Below, piece after piece: positions 23,994 through 24,899 of a stretch of 24,899 bases of DNA. The stretch is from the IMG/VR virus record IMGVR_UViG_3300010398_000047, positions 1 to 24,899 of that record. The stretch is one strand, 5' to 3'. The stretch's first letter is position 1, and each line of letters begins with the position of its first letter. A program made the position numbers and the translations under genes. The notes below the pieces were generated by a model. The model did not search any database, was not told where the DNA came from, and worked only from the letters and a program-made list of their open reading frames with translations. The stretch is from a virus. Its lineage: Duplodnaviria; Caudoviricetes.

Positions 23994-24278
23994 CTACTTC
24001 ACCCGCGAGGCTTGCCGCCCCGCCTCCATCAGCGCCCTGTCGTTCTCGGCCAGGTGTGCGGCGAGGTCCTCGTGGACGCTGGCCGACTCCGCCTCGTCTG
24101 AGAGCGTCATGAGCAAGTCGTCTAGCGCCGACTGGCAGCCGTCGCACCGCACCCAGGCGATCGGCGCGGGGATGAACTCCTCCTCGTCGCCGTCGAGGCC
24201 ACAGATCGTGATGCCGGTGCTCAGAAGGACGTGGATTGTTCGCCCGTTGCCGGTTCCGGGTCGCTTGACGTACTGCAT
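23994..24278 (-). CDS. Small putative zinc-binding protein, 94 aa
   Basis: SD GGAGGAG-ATG 24278; IH..TICG..RCDGC followed by an acidic helix. Confidence 0.75.
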   Translation of the reverse strand: MQYVKRPGTGNGRTIHVLLSTGITICGLDGDEEEFIPAPIAWVRCDGCQSALDDLLMTLSDEAESASVHEDLAAHLAENDRALMEAGRQASRVK

Positions 24279-24646
24279 GGCTCCTCCGTTGGTTTGCGGA
24301 TCACGACGGTGCTCATCACCGGGATCTCCCACTGTCGGCCGGACTTCAGCCAGACCTTGCACTTCGGTGACCGCTCCTCGCCTTGCGGGAACGCGGCCAG
24401 GAACGCCCGGGCACGCCGCTCCGCGACCATCACGCCGTCGGTGCGGTTGCCCCACCAGAACATGAACTCGGTGCGGTTGTCGTGCATGTAGACGGACACT
24501 CGCCCGGCAGGCAGGTCGCGCGCGGCCGGGATGTCGTAGACCCGAGTGACGTAGCTGATGCCTGTTCGCGTCGGACGCTCCTCGCGGAGCGTCCATCCGA
24601 GCATTGCGCCGAAGGACTCGGCTTCTGTTGCTGATCCGTAGGACAC
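24221..24646 (-). CDS. Hypothetical protein, 141 aa
   Basis: Strong SD AAGGAGGAGG before GTG 24646 (MSYGSATEAESFGAMLGW...); overlaps the next gene by 58 nt. Confidence 0.7.
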   Translation of the reverse strand: MSYGSATEAESFGAMLGWTLREERPTRTGISYVTRVYDIPAARDLPAGRVSVYMHDNRTEFMFWWGNRTDGVMVAERRARAFLAAFPQGEERSPKCKVWLKSGRQWEIPVMSTVVIRKPTEEPCSTSSDPEPATGEQSTSF

Positions 24647-24667
24647 GGATTCCTCCTCCTTGTTGTC

Positions 24668-24822
24668 GGTTGCGCCAGAACGGCGGGGACGGTGGCAAGC
24701 CCCCAGGATGCGCCCGGGGGAACGGAGATGCCCGGAGGCTTGCCCGCCCGTTGTACTGGCGGGTCGCCCCGCGCAAGTCCGCCAGCGTGCTGACGCCCAG
24801 CATGGGGAAGCATGGCGCAGCG
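24668..24822 (-). ncRNA. Candidate structured leader RNA / ncRNA
   Basis: Non-coding gap between promoter and SD with nested stems: TGCGCCA/TGGCGCA, GGCAAGCC/GGCTTGCC, CTGGCGG/CCGCCAG, TGCTG/CAGCA. Confidence 0.45.
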
Positions 24823-24828
24823 GGATCA

Positions 24829-24858
24829 ACTATATAGGAGCGCGGAGGCATAGCGCAA
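24829..24858 (-). promoter_or_regulatory. Putative sigma-A promoter TTGCGC-18 bp-TATAGT
   Basis: -35 at 24853-24858 and -10 at 24829-24834, in a rare AT-rich patch. Confidence 0.65.
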
Positions 24859-24899
24859 CTCGGGCAGCCGCGCCGCAGGGCAGACCGCTTCCCCCGCAC

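Noticed and set aside
24668-24822. tRNA or known riboswitch
   Set aside because: No T-loop GTTCRA, D-loop or recognisable aptamer consensus; kept only as an unknown structured RNA.
1-24899. Many long plus-strand and alternative-frame ORFs (e.g. 6513-7730, 15496-16995, 17262-18869, 17428-18621)
   Set aside because: Arg/Ser/Pro-rich shadows expected at about 70% GC; they overlap well-supported minus-strand genes and carry no motifs.

Overview
High-GC (about 70% by eye) tailed-phage DNA, most likely an actinobacterial siphovirus with a mycobacteriophage cluster-B/Streptomyces-phage-like virion module. All credible genes are on the minus strand, and product calls come from remembered family motifs and synteny, not database searches. 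From right to left: a promoter with a highly structured ~175-nt leader; eight small genes (several zinc-finger proteins, a ribbon-helix-helix protein, a DUF1360-like membrane protein); portal fused to a MuF-like domain; multi-domain maturation protease; major capsid protein and a second (pentamer-type) capsid protein; major tail protein; head-tail connectors; a ~2.9-kb island of ten small genes inserted between connector genes; tail terminator; tail chaperones with a -1 slippery site; tape measure; minor tail, collar and collagen-containing proteins. The most notable signals are regulatory. (1) The island is built of three cassettes, each starting with a near-identical leaderless sigma-A promoter overlapped by an AAATC-N9-GATTT inverted repeat. 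(2) A second promoter class precedes portal and capsid, with the perfect palindrome ACCGCTAGCGGT exactly 26 bp upstream of the -10 box. (3) There are two candidate structured RNA leaders.
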